64,000 nt of DNA from Deltaproteobacteria bacterium (GTDB lineage Bacteria; Myxococcota; Kuafuiibacteriia; Kuafuiibacteriales; Kuafuiibacteriaceae), in the NCBI GenBank assembly GCA_040218735.1, contig JAVJQW010000055.1, forward strand, positions 32,001-96,000. Reading direction: 5' to 3'. The notes below the pieces were generated by a model that saw nothing but the letters and a program-made list of their open reading frames with translations, did no database searches and had not been told where the DNA came from. Positions 9,120 to 21,241 of this stretch are shown one piece after another. Every line of letters starts with the position of its first letter. Within the stretch, counting starts at the first letter, position 1. The translations under genes were made by a program, and so were the position numbers.

Positions 9120-9626
9120 ATGAAGGACGACATTCTCGAGCAGATCGGGAAGTACAAGGCCCCGACCAAGCTCCCCAAGATCTCGCGGATCGCCCTCGCG
9201 CTCTACGAGGACGGCGGCTTCGAGCTGAACGAAGAGGCGGTGCTCGCGCTGCGCCTCGAGCTCGAATCCTACGAGGGCGACCTCAAAGCCCTGACCGACG
9301 CGAACATCGGCCTCGGTGTGTTCGCGCTCTACCTGCGCGACACCGAAAAGAAGCCCGAGCAGGCCGAGATGATCGCGGCGCTCATCCGCGAGACCGCGCC
9401 GAAGTACCAGTCGATCGGTGAGCGCATCGTCTCGGCCCTCCAAGACCTCGCGGTCAACGCGAAGGAGCTCCTCGATAAGTTCTCCGACCGCGACGACGCC
9501 GCGAAGGCACGCGCGCCGGTCTACGGCGAAGCTGGCCCCGAGGGGTCGCTCCCGCTGAAGAACCTGAAGCCGGTCGGCGAGCCGCCGCCGCGTCGCAACG
9601 TCAAGAAGCCGAAGCCGAAGTCGTGA
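9120..9626 (+). CDS. Hypothetical helical protein (168 aa)
   Basis: Clean ORF with host-like codon usage; stop overlaps the P450 start (GTGA). Confidence 0.75.
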   Translation: MKDDILEQIGKYKAPTKLPKISRIALALYEDGGFELNEEAVLALRLELESYEGDLKALTDANIGLGVFALYLRDTEKKPEQAEMIAALIRETAPKYQSIGERIVSALQDLAVNAKELLDKFSDRDDAAKARAPVYGEAGPEGSLPLKNLKPVGEPPPRRNVKKPKPKS

Positions 9627-10945
9627 AGCGAAAGCGCCCGCCGGGCCCCACGTGGTTCACCGAGGCCCGTCGCCCGTGGGACGCGATCGTCTCCGACCAC
9701 ACCCGCGGCCTGCTCCCGATCGTGCGCAGCCGCTTCGAGCGGTTCGGCGATCTCGTCTACGCGACCGACATCACCGGTAAGCCGCTCATCTCGATGCGGC
9801 ACCCCGACCACGTCCACGAAGTGCTCGTCACACGCGCCGCCGACTTCACGAAGCGGAGCAAGGACCTCGAGGTGTTCCTCGGCCGCGGGTTGCTCACGAG
9901 CGACGGGGAGTTCTGGCGAAGCCAGCGCCGCAAGATCCAGCCGGCGTTCCGTCACGAGAAGCTCGCGAAGTACGCCGAGATCATGGTCGACCGCGCGCGC
10001 CGCATGGTCGACGGCTGGGTCGAGGGCGAGCTGTACGATCTCAACCGCGAGATGATGGAGGTGACGCTCTCCGTCGTCGCGAAGGCGCTCCTCGACTACG
10101 ACACCACCGACGACAACGACCACGTCGCGCGCGCGATGACGATCATCCAGGAGACCGCGGGCTACCCGAGCATCCTGCCGCGCTGGGTGTCGACGCCGCT
10201 GCACAAGAAGCAGCAGGAGGGGCTCGATGCGATCGACGGCATCGTCTTCCCGCTGATCGACGAGCGCGAAGTACCGGGCGAAGACCTGTTGTCGCAGCTC
10301 AAGTTCCCGGAGGAGGGGGAGTCGATGGAGCGTCAGCAGCTCCGCGACGAGCTCGTCACGATGTTCCTCGCGGGCCACGAGACGACCGCGCTCGCGCTGA
10401 CGTGGACGTTCTTCCTGTTGTCGAATCACCGGGACCAGGAGGCGAAGCTGCACGCAGAGCTCGACGAAGTGCTCGGTGACCGAGCGCCGTCATTCGCGGA
10501 CCTCGAGTCGCTCGTGTTCACGAAGAACGCGGTGCAAGAGGCGATGCGGTTGTTCCCGCCGCTGTACTTGTTGCCGCGCGTCGCGGTCCGCGAGACCGAG
10601 GTCGGCGGTTATCCGCTCGCCGCGGGCGACAACCTCCTCATCTGGATCTACTTCATGCACCGCGACGAGCGCTGGTTCCCGGACCACGCCGAGTTCCTCC
10701 CCGACCGCTTCCTCCCGGAGTCGGGCGGCGTGAAGCACCCGCACGCGTTCATCCCCTTCGGCGCCGGGCCGCGCGCGTGCATCGGGCGCCACTTCGGGAT
10801 GGCCGAGGCGACGCTGATGCTCGCGGTGATCGCGCAGCGCTTCAAACCGCGGCTCGCGCCGGGGCAAGAGGTACGCCTGCACGCTCGCGTCACGCTCGCG
10901 CCGCAGTTCCCGATCGAGATGGAGCTGGAGCCGAGACACCCCTGA
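9623..10945 (+). CDS. Cytochrome P450
   Basis: AGHETT I-helix, EAMR (ExxR), PDRF, FGAGPRACIG heme-cysteine motif. Confidence 0.96.
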   Translation: MKRKRPPGPTWFTEARRPWDAIVSDHTRGLLPIVRSRFERFGDLVYATDITGKPLISMRHPDHVHEVLVTRAADFTKRSKDLEVFLGRGLLTSDGEFWRSQRRKIQPAFRHEKLAKYAEIMVDRARRMVDGWVEGELYDLNREMMEVTLSVVAKALLDYDTTDDNDHVARAMTIIQETAGYPSILPRWVSTPLHKKQQEGLDAIDGIVFPLIDEREVPGEDLLSQLKFPEEGESMERQQLRDELVTMFLAGHETTALALTWTFFLLSNHRDQEAKLHAELDEVLGDRAPSFADLESLVFTKNAVQEAMRLFPPLYLLPRVAVRETEVGGYPLAAGDNLLIWIYFMHRDERWFPDHAEFLPDRFLPESGGVKHPHAFIPFGAGPRACIGRHFGMAEATLMLAVIAQRFKPRLAPGQEVRLHARVTLAPQFPIEMELEPRHP

Positions 10946-11745
10946 TGCTGGAAGGTGTCTCGAAGACGGCGCTCTTCACGCTTCGCGCGCGCGCGGAGGA
11001 GCACGGGCGCGCCGACCGTCGCTTCGCGGATCCGGACGCGGTCGCTTGGCTCGAAGCGCTCGGGTGGCCGGACGAGTTGTCGAAGTTCTACTCGGCGTGG
11101 ATCCAGGCGAAGACCGCGATCCGCACGGTCCAGATCGATCGCATGGTGCGGCTGTGTCAGGAGCGCTTCGAGGTCACGCAGATCGTCGAGCTCGCTTGTG
11201 GGTTGTCGTCGCGGCGTCAGCGCCTGGGGTTCGAGGGGGCGTGGCTCGACGTCGACTTGCCCGCGGTGATCGCGGCGCGCACGTCGCTCGGGATCGAGGG
11301 GAGCGAACAGCTGGCTGCGTCCGCGTTGGATTTGTCTTGGATCGACCACGTCGAAGTGCCCGACCAGACGATCGTGATCGCGGAGGGCCTCGTCTACTAC
11401 CTGCCCATCGAAGATGTCGACGCGCTGTTCACGAAGATGCGCGAGCGCATCGCGGGTGCGGTCGTGGTGCTCGACGTGATCGGCGAGCTCGACTTCGACG
11501 CAGCGAAGCGCTTCTCCGCGCGCCTCGACGCGCCGATCCACTGGGCCGTCGCGCCCCCATTCGAAGCCGCGATGGATGCGATGGGGCTCGACACGATCGA
11601 AGGCCTCGAACCCGACGTGGTGCTCGACGAAGCGCTCTCAGAAATCCGAGGTTTGCTTCGGCCGGTGCTGTCGACGTTCGCCCGCGTCGGTGTGTTTCGT
11701 GATCGTCGAAGTGGAACCATGGTCGGTCGACTCCGCGCGACCTGA
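10945..11745 (+). CDS. Class I SAM-dependent methyltransferase (LCM/TcmP-like)
   Basis: VSKTALFTLRARA, FADPDA, IVELACGLSSR, DVDLPAVI, IAEGLVYYL; ATG overlaps the P450 stop. Confidence 0.85.
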   Translation: MLEGVSKTALFTLRARAEEHGRADRRFADPDAVAWLEALGWPDELSKFYSAWIQAKTAIRTVQIDRMVRLCQERFEVTQIVELACGLSSRRQRLGFEGAWLDVDLPAVIAARTSLGIEGSEQLAASALDLSWIDHVEVPDQTIVIAEGLVYYLPIEDVDALFTKMRERIAGAVVVLDVIGELDFDAAKRFSARLDAPIHWAVAPPFEAAMDAMGLDTIEGLEPDVVLDEALSEIRGLLRPVLSTFARVGVFRDRRSGTMVGRLRAT

Positions 11746-11852
11746 CGGCTGCACCCGTCACTGACGGATCGAACCCTCAGCGCCTTCGGGTTTCGACGTC
11801 GAGTCGCGACTGCGATCGGACGCTGGCCCCGGCGTTGCAATTCAACTTGCGC

Positions 11853-12161
11853 ATGGATGGACTACGCTTCCCGCTGCTCGCGGCCGTCTTGTTCACGGCC
11901 GCCGGCGCAATCACTACCGGCTGTCAAAATTCTGATGCAGAGCTCCAAGCGACCAAGCGCGCCGAGCTTCGGCGCAATTGTCTCGCTCGCTACGACGACG
12001 AGTCGATCCGCGGCGCACGGACCGAGCTCGCGGAGCTGATGCAGAAGGGCGAGCTCGAGCCCGAAGAGTGCCGAAACCGCGGCGAGCAGCTGGAGTCGAT
12101 CGACATCGTCGACTCGATGCTCATCGACGAGATGCCCGAAGAGCTGGAGGTCGAGCGATGA
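11853..12161 (+). CDS. Small putative lipoprotein
   Basis: Signal peptide ending ITTGC; stop overlaps the next ATG. Confidence 0.65.
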   Translation: MDGLRFPLLAAVLFTAAGAITTGCQNSDAELQATKRAELRRNCLARYDDESIRGARTELAELMQKGELEPEECRNRGEQLESIDIVDSMLIDEMPEELEVER

Positions 12162-13984
12162 AGACCATGCTGTTCACCATCGCCGCGCTGACGCTCGTCG
12201 CGAGCCAGGCCGACGCGCAGTGCCTCACCGCGACCGAGCGCAACGCGTTCGAGACCGACGTGCGTCGCCTCCTCGGGACGAGCACGCTCAACAACCACGA
12301 GCTCCACCAGCACGTGTTCTCGCGGCTCGGCTTCGGCCACAACCCGGTGCGCGGGGACGCCTACGACCGGACGTCGACCGCCCAGCGCGCCGCGCTCGCG
12401 GAGCTGATCGCCACGCGCCTGTACCAGGGACGGAGCCTCCGGAGCTGGGTCGCGCAGCGCCTCGCGGGGTTGTCGGATCCGGCGCGCAGCGCGCCGCACT
12501 CGTCGTTTGTGTATCGCGCCGCGGACCAGACGATTCACGAGGCGTACACGGAGGTCCGAAACGCGAGCCTCGAGATCTCTCGGCTCAAGACCGTGCTCGC
12601 GAACGAGACGGACCCGGCGCGGCAAGCGCGCTTGCGGGACCGGATTCGCACGGCGCAGCAGATTCGATCGCGCATCAACGCCGACTCGCGCAACGCCGCC
12701 GCCGCCTATCGCATCGCGCTGATGACGAGCGCGCCGAACGTGGCGATCGGCGACCAGATCCACGAGTTCTGGCGCAACCACTTCAACATCGACGCGACGA
12801 AGACGTCGTGGGCCTCCGTCGACTACGACCGCACCCTCAAGCGGAACCAGTGCGGCACGTTCTACGAGCTGCTCGAGGCGTCGGCGAAGCACCCCGCGAT
12901 GCTGATCTACCTCGACAACTTCCGTTCGCGCCGCGGGCGCATCAACGAGAACTACGGGCGCGAGCTCCTCGAGCTGCACACCCTCGGCGACGACACACTC
13001 CAGTTCTACACGCAGGAGGACGTCGTCGACGCGGCCAACGCGCTCACCGGATGGGGCATTCGATTCACGGAGGTCACGCCCGGCGAGCACACGGCGGAGT
13101 TCGAGTTCTACCAGGGCGGCCACGTCGCCCGGGAGCTCGTGCTGTTCGACACCGCGCCGAAGGGGCGCGCGTTGACGCTCCCCGCGATCGTCAACGGCAG
13201 CGGCAACCCCACCGACGAAGCCGTGCAGCGCGGCGAGGCGCTCCTCCGCTACCTCGCGAACCACGGCTCGACGAAGCGTCACATCTGCAAGAAGCTGTCG
13301 ACCTGGCTGCTCGGCTACCGCGACTCGACGTCCATTCAAGGCTGCGTCGACGTCTGGGGTGAGGACGGCGACCTCGCGGCGATCTACCGCTACTTCCTGA
13401 CGCGGCCCGAGCTGTTCCACAGCAACGGCGCCACGCGCACCACGTTCCAGAACAAACAGCGCAACGCGCAGGAGCTCGTGGTCGGTGCCTACCGTGCCGC
13501 GGGTCGCCCGGTGTTCGACCTCGCGAACATTCGCCGCATCATGACCACCTCCGCGGAGCTCGGCATCCCGCCCGCGCGTTACCCGCCGCCGACCGGCTAC
13601 GACGACGGCAACGTGCACCTCTCACCCGGCGTCTTGATCGCGTACAGCGCGTTCCTGCACCAGTACCTCGACCCGACGAACCTGAGGCTCGAGCTCGCGA
13701 GCGGCACCCTCCGCGGCGAAGCGCTCGAGCAGTGGGTTCGGGATCGGCTGGTCAACGCCAACGCCGCGCCGACCGGAGCCGAGCGCAACGAGCGACTCCT
13801 CGCGCTGAGCGATCGCCTCGTGCGCGACGTCTACAAACAGTTCGGGCTGCCGGGCCGGAAGGCGCGCGCGCTGCACTACGCCTTCAACGAAGCGGACGTG
13901 AAGGACGACGACGGCACGACGCCGGACCCGTTCCGCACGCACTTCCATCTGCTCCTGGGACATCTGTCCGCCATGAAGAAGTGA
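12158..13984 (+). CDS. DUF1800 family exported protein
   Basis: FWRNHFN, HPAMLIYLDN, INENYGRELLELHTLG, YTQEDV, ALTGW; signal peptide; GGAGG SD. Confidence 0.88.
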   Translation: MKTMLFTIAALTLVASQADAQCLTATERNAFETDVRRLLGTSTLNNHELHQHVFSRLGFGHNPVRGDAYDRTSTAQRAALAELIATRLYQGRSLRSWVAQRLAGLSDPARSAPHSSFVYRAADQTIHEAYTEVRNASLEISRLKTVLANETDPARQARLRDRIRTAQQIRSRINADSRNAAAAYRIALMTSAPNVAIGDQIHEFWRNHFNIDATKTSWASVDYDRTLKRNQCGTFYELLEASAKHPAMLIYLDNFRSRRGRINENYGRELLELHTLGDDTLQFYTQEDVVDAANALTGWGIRFTEVTPGEHTAEFEFYQGGHVARELVLFDTAPKGRALTLPAIVNGSGNPTDEAVQRGEALLRYLANHGSTKRHICKKLSTWLLGYRDSTSIQGCVDVWGEDGDLAAIYRYFLTRPELFHSNGATRTTFQNKQRNAQELVVGAYRAAGRPVFDLANIRRIMTTSAELGIPPARYPPPTGYDDGNVHLSPGVLIAYSAFLHQYLDPTNLRLELASGTLRGEALEQWVRDRLVNANAAPTGAERNERLLALSDRLVRDVYKQFGLPGRKARALHYAFNEADVKDDDGTTPDPFRTHFHLLLGHLSAMKK

Positions 13985-13994
13985 GGACGAAGCC

Positions 13995-15293
13995 ATGACC
14001 ATCGATAGACGACGATTCATTCAGCTCTCCGGTCTCGGCCTCGCGAGCCTGGGCCTCGGCGCCATCCCGCGGCGTGCGTTCGCCGCGGACAACGACCAAG
14101 TGCTCCTGACCGTGTTCCTGCGCGGCGGCGCGGACGGCATGTCGCTGCTCCACCCGCAGGTGGGGACACCGATGCGCGCGGTCTACGAGACGTGGCGCGG
14201 CAACGCGACGCGCGTCGCGAACAGCATCCCGATCGGGGGCCGCCTCGCGATGCACCCCGCGCTCGCGCCGCTGCAGACCGCGCTCGACAACCGTCACTTG
14301 ATGCTCCTCGGGGGCGTCGGCGGGGCGGCCTTCAACCGGTCGCACTTCGAGCAGCAAGATCTGGTCGAGACCGGCGCAGGCCCGGCGCAGACCCCGCGTC
14401 CCACCGGAGTGCTCGGTCGCGCGCTCGCGTCCCTCGGTCGCGCGGATGGCGTCCTCTCGGGAATCTCGCTCAACGCGACGCCGCCCGAGTCGATCAAGCA
14501 GGCCGGCAACCCGGGGCTGTCGATGCCGGACGTGCGGCGGTTCGGAGCGCTGCGTAGCGCGACCCACGCAAACGATCCGGACTACGACCTCGCGGAGCGC
14601 ATGCGGCGGCTCTACGTGCCCGGCAACGGCATGTGCAACCCAGGCGCGGTGATGTGTGAGAACGGTCGGCGCGCGTCGAGTGCCATCGAGGACATCGCGT
14701 CGCTGCGTGACACCGCGGGCGTGCCGAGCCGTGGCAAGGCGGCGAACCTCGGCGAGGTGCTGACGGACGTCGCGCAGCTCGTCGCGGCCGACAGCGCGAA
14801 CGCGTTCAAGTTCCTCACGCTCGACGTGGGTGGCTGGGACACGCACCTGGATCAGGGGAACGACGCGGTCTCGGGCTCGAGCTTCTCGGGCACGCTCGCG
14901 GGCAACCTGAACCGGCTCGCGGGGGCCCTGGCGACGTTCTACGGGGAGGCCCGGGACCTGGGCGTTTGGAATCGGATGAACGTGCTCGTCCTGACGGAGT
15001 TCGGTCGAACCACGCGGCAGAACGGGACCGGCGGTACGGACCACGGCTTCGGCGGGACGGCGCTCCTCATGGGGAGCGGTCTGTCGCGGAAGATCATGGC
15101 GCCCGGCTACTTCCCGAACAACACGTCCGCGGCGTTCTACGGCCAGGCAGAGTCCGAAAACGTGCTCCCGAGGCTGATCGAGCACCGGCACGTCTTCGCG
15201 GAGGTCCTCACCGAGCGGATGGGCGTCGACAACCTGGGCTCCGTCTTGTCGGGATTCTCGCTGGATCCGGCGATTCCGCGTTTCTACGGCTGA
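13995..15293 (+). CDS. DUF1501 family protein, Tat-exported
   Basis: DRRRFI twin-Arg signal, VFLRGGADG, NRSHF, GGWDTH, TEFGRT, GTDHG. Confidence 0.9.
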   Translation: MTIDRRRFIQLSGLGLASLGLGAIPRRAFAADNDQVLLTVFLRGGADGMSLLHPQVGTPMRAVYETWRGNATRVANSIPIGGRLAMHPALAPLQTALDNRHLMLLGGVGGAAFNRSHFEQQDLVETGAGPAQTPRPTGVLGRALASLGRADGVLSGISLNATPPESIKQAGNPGLSMPDVRRFGALRSATHANDPDYDLAERMRRLYVPGNGMCNPGAVMCENGRRASSAIEDIASLRDTAGVPSRGKAANLGEVLTDVAQLVAADSANAFKFLTLDVGGWDTHLDQGNDAVSGSSFSGTLAGNLNRLAGALATFYGEARDLGVWNRMNVLVLTEFGRTTRQNGTGGTDHGFGGTALLMGSGLSRKIMAPGYFPNNTSAAFYGQAESENVLPRLIEHRHVFAEVLTERMGVDNLGSVLSGFSLDPAIPRFYG

Positions 15294-15331
15294 AACGGCT
15301 TGGGGCGCGACAGCGCGAGCGAAGTTTGGGT

Positions 15332-16663
<1,332 letters not shown>

Positions 16664-16664
16664 C

Positions 16665-18164
16665 GTGACCGACCGCTACGCACAGTATCGCGTGGAGCGA
16701 ACGCTCGGTCGCGGCGCGACCTCCGAGGTCTACCTCGCGGTCGTCGCAGGTGAGCACGGCTTCGAGCCGCGCGTCGCCGTGAAGTGCCTGCGACCGGACG
16801 CGCGCGACGAGGTCCAGATCGATCGTTTCATCGCGGAGGTCCAGGTGACCTGTCACCTCCGGCACCCGAATGTGGTGAGCACGATCGACTTCGGCGTGCT
16901 CGACGGGACGCCGTTCTCCGTCATGGAGTACGTGGAGGGCGCGAGTGTGCTGGAGCTTCTGCAGCTCGCGCGCTCGCGGCGGGAGAACGTGCCGCCGGCC
17001 ATCGCGCTGCACATCGTCCGTGAGGTCGCGGTCGCGCTCGACTACGTGCACCACGCGACCGACGCGAAGGGGGCGCCGCTCCGCATCGTTCACCGGGACA
17101 TCGGTCCGCAGAACATCCTCGTCGCGACCACCGGGCACGTGAAGCTCGCGGACTTCTCGGTGGCGCGTGCGTTCCGGCGGCCGCGCCTCACGCGCGTGGG
17201 GCAGGTGCGGGGGACGCTCGACTTCATGGCGCCCGAACAGCTGAAGATGGAGCAGATCACTTCGCAGAGTGATCTGTTCGGGTTGGGGTGTGTGCTGCAC
17301 GCGCTCCTGGTCGGAGAGAGCCCGATGGGTTCGGACGTTCAGCGCAACGAGGTCGTCACCGGCGGCGAGGCGCCGGTCGACCCGACCATCGACAGCGACA
17401 TCCAGGCGATCATCCGCCGGGCGATTCGGGTGCGTCCCAAGGATCGTTTCCAGAGCGCGGCAGTGATGGCGGACGCCTGTTGGGCTGCGCTGCGTGACCG
17501 AGCGGACCGCGAGCCGCGGTTACAGACGGCGTCGTGGATCACGTCGCTCGAGAGGACGGAGACGCCGTTCGCCGATGCGGCCCCGCGGACGAAGTTGATT
17601 CGCCTGGCTTCGAACACCGACGGCGTTCGGATGTTCACCGCGAAGCAGCCGCGCGCGCACGACCTCGACGAGACGAAGCACCTCGGCAAGATCCCCGGCC
17701 TCGATCGCACGACGGACCTCAAGCCGATCGGCCCGGGCATGGGCGACGGGCCGACGTCGCTGATCGCCCCCGAGAGCAAGCCCCAGCTCGACGCGATCGT
17801 CGCGGAGGACATCGTCGACCCGGTGCTCGGCGGACCGACGCTCTCCGAGCCCTTGGACGAGCCGCGTCGCTCGATGCGAGGCCCCGCGGTCGCGATGATG
17901 CTCGGTGTGGTGCTCGGCGGCATCATCGCGTTGGCGTTGGTTCCGGGGCACTGGTTGGGCCTGTCGGATCCGCCGTCGGTCGCGTCCGCTCCGCCGACGA
18001 CGCAGGAGCTCATGCGTCGCATCGAAGCACTCCGCTCCCGCAATCAGCCCGCTTTGGCATCGAGGCTCACGGAGCTGGAGCGACGCCTCGCGACGGGGGA
18101 CGCCGCCGAACGACGCGCCGTCGCGACGGCGCTGACGACGATCGAGCGCGAAGTCACGCCCTGA
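16665..18164 (+). CDS. Ser/Thr protein kinase with one TM segment
   Basis: [25 protein letters not shown] in place of [19 protein letters not shown]. Confidence 0.92.
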   Translation: MTDRYAQYRVERTLGRGATSEVYLAVVAGEHGFEPRVAVKCLRPDARDEVQIDRFIAEVQVTCHLRHPNVVSTIDFGVLDGTPFSVMEYVEGASVLELLQLARSRRENVPPAIALHIVREVAVALDYVHHATDAKGAPLRIVHRDIGPQNILVATTGHVKLADFSVARAFRRPRLTRVGQVRGTLDFMAPEQLKMEQITSQSDLFGLGCVLHALLVGESPMGSDVQRNEVVTGGEAPVDPTIDSDIQAIIRRAIRVRPKDRFQSAAVMADACWAALRDRADREPRLQTASWITSLERTETPFADAAPRTKLIRLASNTDGVRMFTAKQPRAHDLDETKHLGKIPGLDRTTDLKPIGPGMGDGPTSLIAPESKPQLDAIVAEDIVDPVLGGPTLSEPLDEPRRSMRGPAVAMMLGVVLGGIIALALVPGHWLGLSDPPSVASAPPTTQELMRRIEALRSRNQPALASRLTELERRLATGDAAERRAVATALTTIEREVTP

Positions 18165-19833
18165 CGCGCGGCGGCACGAGGCGGCCGGCGATCGCGGACT
18201 GCAGCTCGGGTCGACCGACCGGCTTCATCAGCACGTCGTCCATGCCGCACGCGGCGCAGAGTCCGATCTCTTCCTCGGTGACGCCGGCGGTGAGAGCGAG
18301 GATCGGAATGGTGAGGCCCGAGCTGCGGAGGCGTCGCGTCGCTTCGAAGCCGTCCATCACCGGCATCTGGCAGTCCATCAGGACGATGTCGAACGCTTCT
18401 TCCGCCGCGTGGCGCAGCGCATCTTCGCCGGAGCGCGCGGGGACGACGTCGCAACCCAGCTTGACGAGCATCTTGTGGGCCACGGCGAGGTTTACGGCGT
18501 TGTCGTCCACGAGGAGGACGCGGGTCCCGGCGGGGACCGCTTCGACCTCGGCGATGTCCATCGTTCTCAGCTCGCCGCGTGGCGCGTCGATTTCGAACGT
18601 GAAGACGCTCCCCACGCCGGGGGTGCTGCGGGCGCCGAGCGTTCCGCCCAACAGTTCGACGAGGCGGCGGCTGATCGTGAGCCCGAGCCCGGTGCCGCCG
18701 TGGACGCGCGTCGTGGAGACATCCGCCTGCGAGAAGGGCTCGAACAGCGCTTCGATCTGGTCTGCGTCGATGCCGCAGCCCGTGTCTTCGACTTCGACGC
18801 GGAGCCGGTCGTCCTTCCATCGCATCGCGACGCGGACGTGACCCTCCGCCGTGAACTTTACGGCGTTGCCCACGAGGTTGAGGAGGACCTGGCGCAGTCG
18901 CAGCGGGTCGCTCTCGATGACGTCGGGGACACCGTCGAGTCGGAAGCTCAGCTCGACGTCTTCGTCATCGCGGGCGGCGCGGATCAGCTCGAGGATGCCG
19001 CCCATCATCTCGTCGGGTCGGAACGGGATCCGCTCGATGGCGAGTCGCCCCGCCTCGAGCTTCGAGAGGTCCAGGATGTCGTTGATGATGGTCAACAGTG
19101 AGTGGCCGCTGTCGCGGACCACGCCGATCATCGAGCGTTGTTCTTCGTCGAGGTGGGTGTCTTCGAGGAGGCTGACCATGCCGAGGACGCCGTTCATCGG
19201 CGTTCGAATCTCGTGCGACATGTTCGCGAGGAAGGTTCGGCGCACTTCGAGGGCGTGTTCGAGGTGTTCGTTGTTCTGTGCGAGCTCGGCCGCCTGTACG
19301 TGCTGCGTCACCGTCGCGCGCACCAGCGGCACGTAGATCTGCGACACCGCGAAGGCGGTGAACGCCAGCGTGAGCAGCCCGGTGATCTGGGACTCGACGG
19401 TGGCGCCGGCGAGGAGGGACCCGACGATGATCCCACCGAATGCGCAGACGCGGGCGTAGAGACCGTGAAGTCGGGTCGGCATCAGGACGCTCGCGAAAGC
19501 GGCCGGGAGGGCGATGAGCCACGCGGGCGCGACGTCGCCCACGAGGAGGCCGATCGGAAAGATCGCGGCGAGGTTCCCGAGCGACCGAATGTGGCTGTCG
19601 GCGTCGAACGCGGGCTTTCGAATGATGGCCGCGGACAGTGCGATGTTGAAGACCACGTAGACGGCCAAGGCGAGGGCGGTCCAAGCCTTCGCTTCGGAGA
19701 GCCACAGCAACCAGAGGCAGAGGATGAACACGGGCACGGGCGTGGCCTGGTTCATTCGAATCAGCCACCGTCGTCTGAACGAGGCCTCGACGGCCTCCCG
19801 GTCGACTACGGCGTTCGTGAGCTGCTCCGACAC
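18154..19833 (-). CDS. Membrane hybrid sensor histidine kinase / response regulator
   Basis: [16 protein letters not shown]-box [17 protein letters not shown], receiver VDDN...LMDCQMP...KP; N-terminal TMs; start uncertain. Confidence 0.93.
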   Translation of the reverse strand: MSEQLTNAVVDREAVEASFRRRWLIRMNQATPVPVFILCLWLLWLSEAKAWTALALAVYVVFNIALSAAIIRKPAFDADSHIRSLGNLAAIFPIGLLVGDVAPAWLIALPAAFASVLMPTRLHGLYARVCAFGGIIVGSLLAGATVESQITGLLTLAFTAFAVSQIYVPLVRATVTQHVQAAELAQNNEHLEHALEVRRTFLANMSHEIRTPMNGVLGMVSLLEDTHLDEEQRSMIGVVRDSGHSLLTIINDILDLSKLEAGRLAIERIPFRPDEMMGGILELIRAARDDEDVELSFRLDGVPDVIESDPLRLRQVLLNLVGNAVKFTAEGHVRVAMRWKDDRLRVEVEDTGCGIDADQIEALFEPFSQADVSTTRVHGGTGLGLTISRRLVELLGGTLGARSTPGVGSVFTFEIDAPRGELRTMDIAEVEAVPAGTRVLLVDDNAVNLAVAHKMLVKLGCDVVPARSGEDALRHAAEEAFDIVLMDCQMPVMDGFEATRRLRSSGLTIPILALTAGVTEEEIGLCAACGMDDVLMKPVGRPELQSAIAGRLVPPRVRA

Positions 19834-19924
19834 GATCGCTGTTGAGATCGGTCGAACGAATGGCGGGCTACACTCACGCCTCGACGTGAGCCGCCCGGTC
19901 GTATCGGCCGGGTCACGGCGTGCC

Positions 19925-21184
19925 TCAATGTGAAGCAGGCGGGGGGGCGTCGCGGTGATCGAGCGCCGCCTCGATCGCGTCCACGGCGCGGTTCGTGCCG
20001 TCCTCCGCTTCGACCTGGGGCCCCAGCGCACGCGCCGCTTCGACGTACTTCGGTTTCAGCGCGTCTTCGATTCGACGCGCGAGCCGCCTCGCCGTCAGGT
20101 CCTTGCGGAAGATCGGCTTCGGCGCGACGCCGCGCTCGTGGAGCATCCCGGCCCAGTAGTACTGGTCGAAGAGGTGGGGCACCGGGACCGACGGGACACC
20201 CGCGCGGCACGCGGCGGTCGACGTCCCGGCGCCGCAGTGGTGCACGATGCAGCCGGCCTGCGCGAACAAGAAGTGATGGGGTACGTAGCCGACGGAGAGG
20301 ATCGCGTCGCCCTCCGCGGCGAGACCCGAGTAGCCGCTCTGCACGATCGCGGGGCGCTTGGTCCTTGCGAGGGCCTCCATCACGATGGCGCTCGTCGCTT
20401 CGGCTTCACTGCCGCCCATCGATCCGAACGTGACGACGACCGGGCGCGGGTTCGCTTCGAGGAACGCGGCGAGCTCGGCGTCGGGTGTGTAATCCGGCGC
20501 GGCGTCGAGCCAGGCGCCGGTCATCTTCACCTGCGGCGGCCAGTCGCCGCGTTCGTGGCCGATGTGCGGTGAGGCGCCGACCAGGTGGAGTCGATCCGCG
20601 ATCGCCCCCGCGACGCCGAGGCTGCGGCGCGGCGCGCCGAGCGGTTCGAGGACGAGGCGCGTGCGGCGGTTGATGTCCTGCGCGAGCGCGTAGAGCGTCT
20701 TCCACGTCCCGCGGATCCACCAGTCGCCGAGGTTCGGGAGCGGGTACACCGGCGCTTCGTCCGTCGGGATGAGGTGCGGCATCAGCGTGACCGACGCCCA
20801 CGGAACGTCGTTTCGGATGGCGCCCTCTTGCCCGAGGAAGTCGAAGCCGTTCGACACCACGAAGTCGGCCCCCTTCGACGCCTCGACGTGGCGGTTGAAG
20901 CGCGGCTCGGCGCGTCGCAGGAAGAGTTTGTTGAGGAGGAGCTCGAACTGCTTCAGCGGCTCCTTCGTCACGCGCACTTCGTCGAGTACGGCGTTGAAAC
21001 GCTCCACCGTGCAGAAGTCCGACTCCGCGAAGAACTCCACGCCCTTCGAGCGCACGAGCTGCTCGTGCATCGCGTGGGTGACGAGCAGGGCATCGTGCCC
21101 CCGCGTGACGAGGGCGCGTGCGAGCGCGAGATACGGGACGACGTCGCCCGTGGTCCCGACCGTGGTGATGACGATGCGTGCCAC
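19925..21184 (-). CDS. Glycosyltransferase family 1 (sterol glucosyltransferase / GT28-N like)
   Basis: [31 protein letters not shown]. Confidence 0.9.
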   Translation of the reverse strand: MARIVITTVGTTGDVVPYLALARALVTRGHDALLVTHAMHEQLVRSKGVEFFAESDFCTVERFNAVLDEVRVTKEPLKQFELLLNKLFLRRAEPRFNRHVEASKGADFVVSNGFDFLGQEGAIRNDVPWASVTLMPHLIPTDEAPVYPLPNLGDWWIRGTWKTLYALAQDINRRTRLVLEPLGAPRRSLGVAGAIADRLHLVGASPHIGHERGDWPPQVKMTGAWLDAAPDYTPDAELAAFLEANPRPVVVTFGSMGGSEAEATSAIVMEALARTKRPAIVQSGYSGLAAEGDAILSVGYVPHHFLFAQAGCIVHHCGAGTSTAACRAGVPSVPVPHLFDQYYWAGMLHERGVAPKPIFRKDLTARRLARRIEDALKPKYVEAARALGPQVEAEDGTNRAVDAIEAALDHRDAPPPASH

Positions 21185-21241
21185 GACGCTGTTTCTTCGA
21201 GTGCGTCGCATCGAGGCGAGCGTCAAGGGTAGGATCGGGGC

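Noticed and set aside
9560-9626. Possible biarylitide-type MxYxH pentapeptide gene before the P450
   Set aside because: No such mini-ORF seen; the P450 start overlaps the 168-aa gene directly
11743-11767. TGACGG/CCGTCA/TGACGG alternating inverted repeats after the methyltransferase stop
   Set aside because: Only 6-bp arms and no U-tract; could be a weak terminator but not supportable
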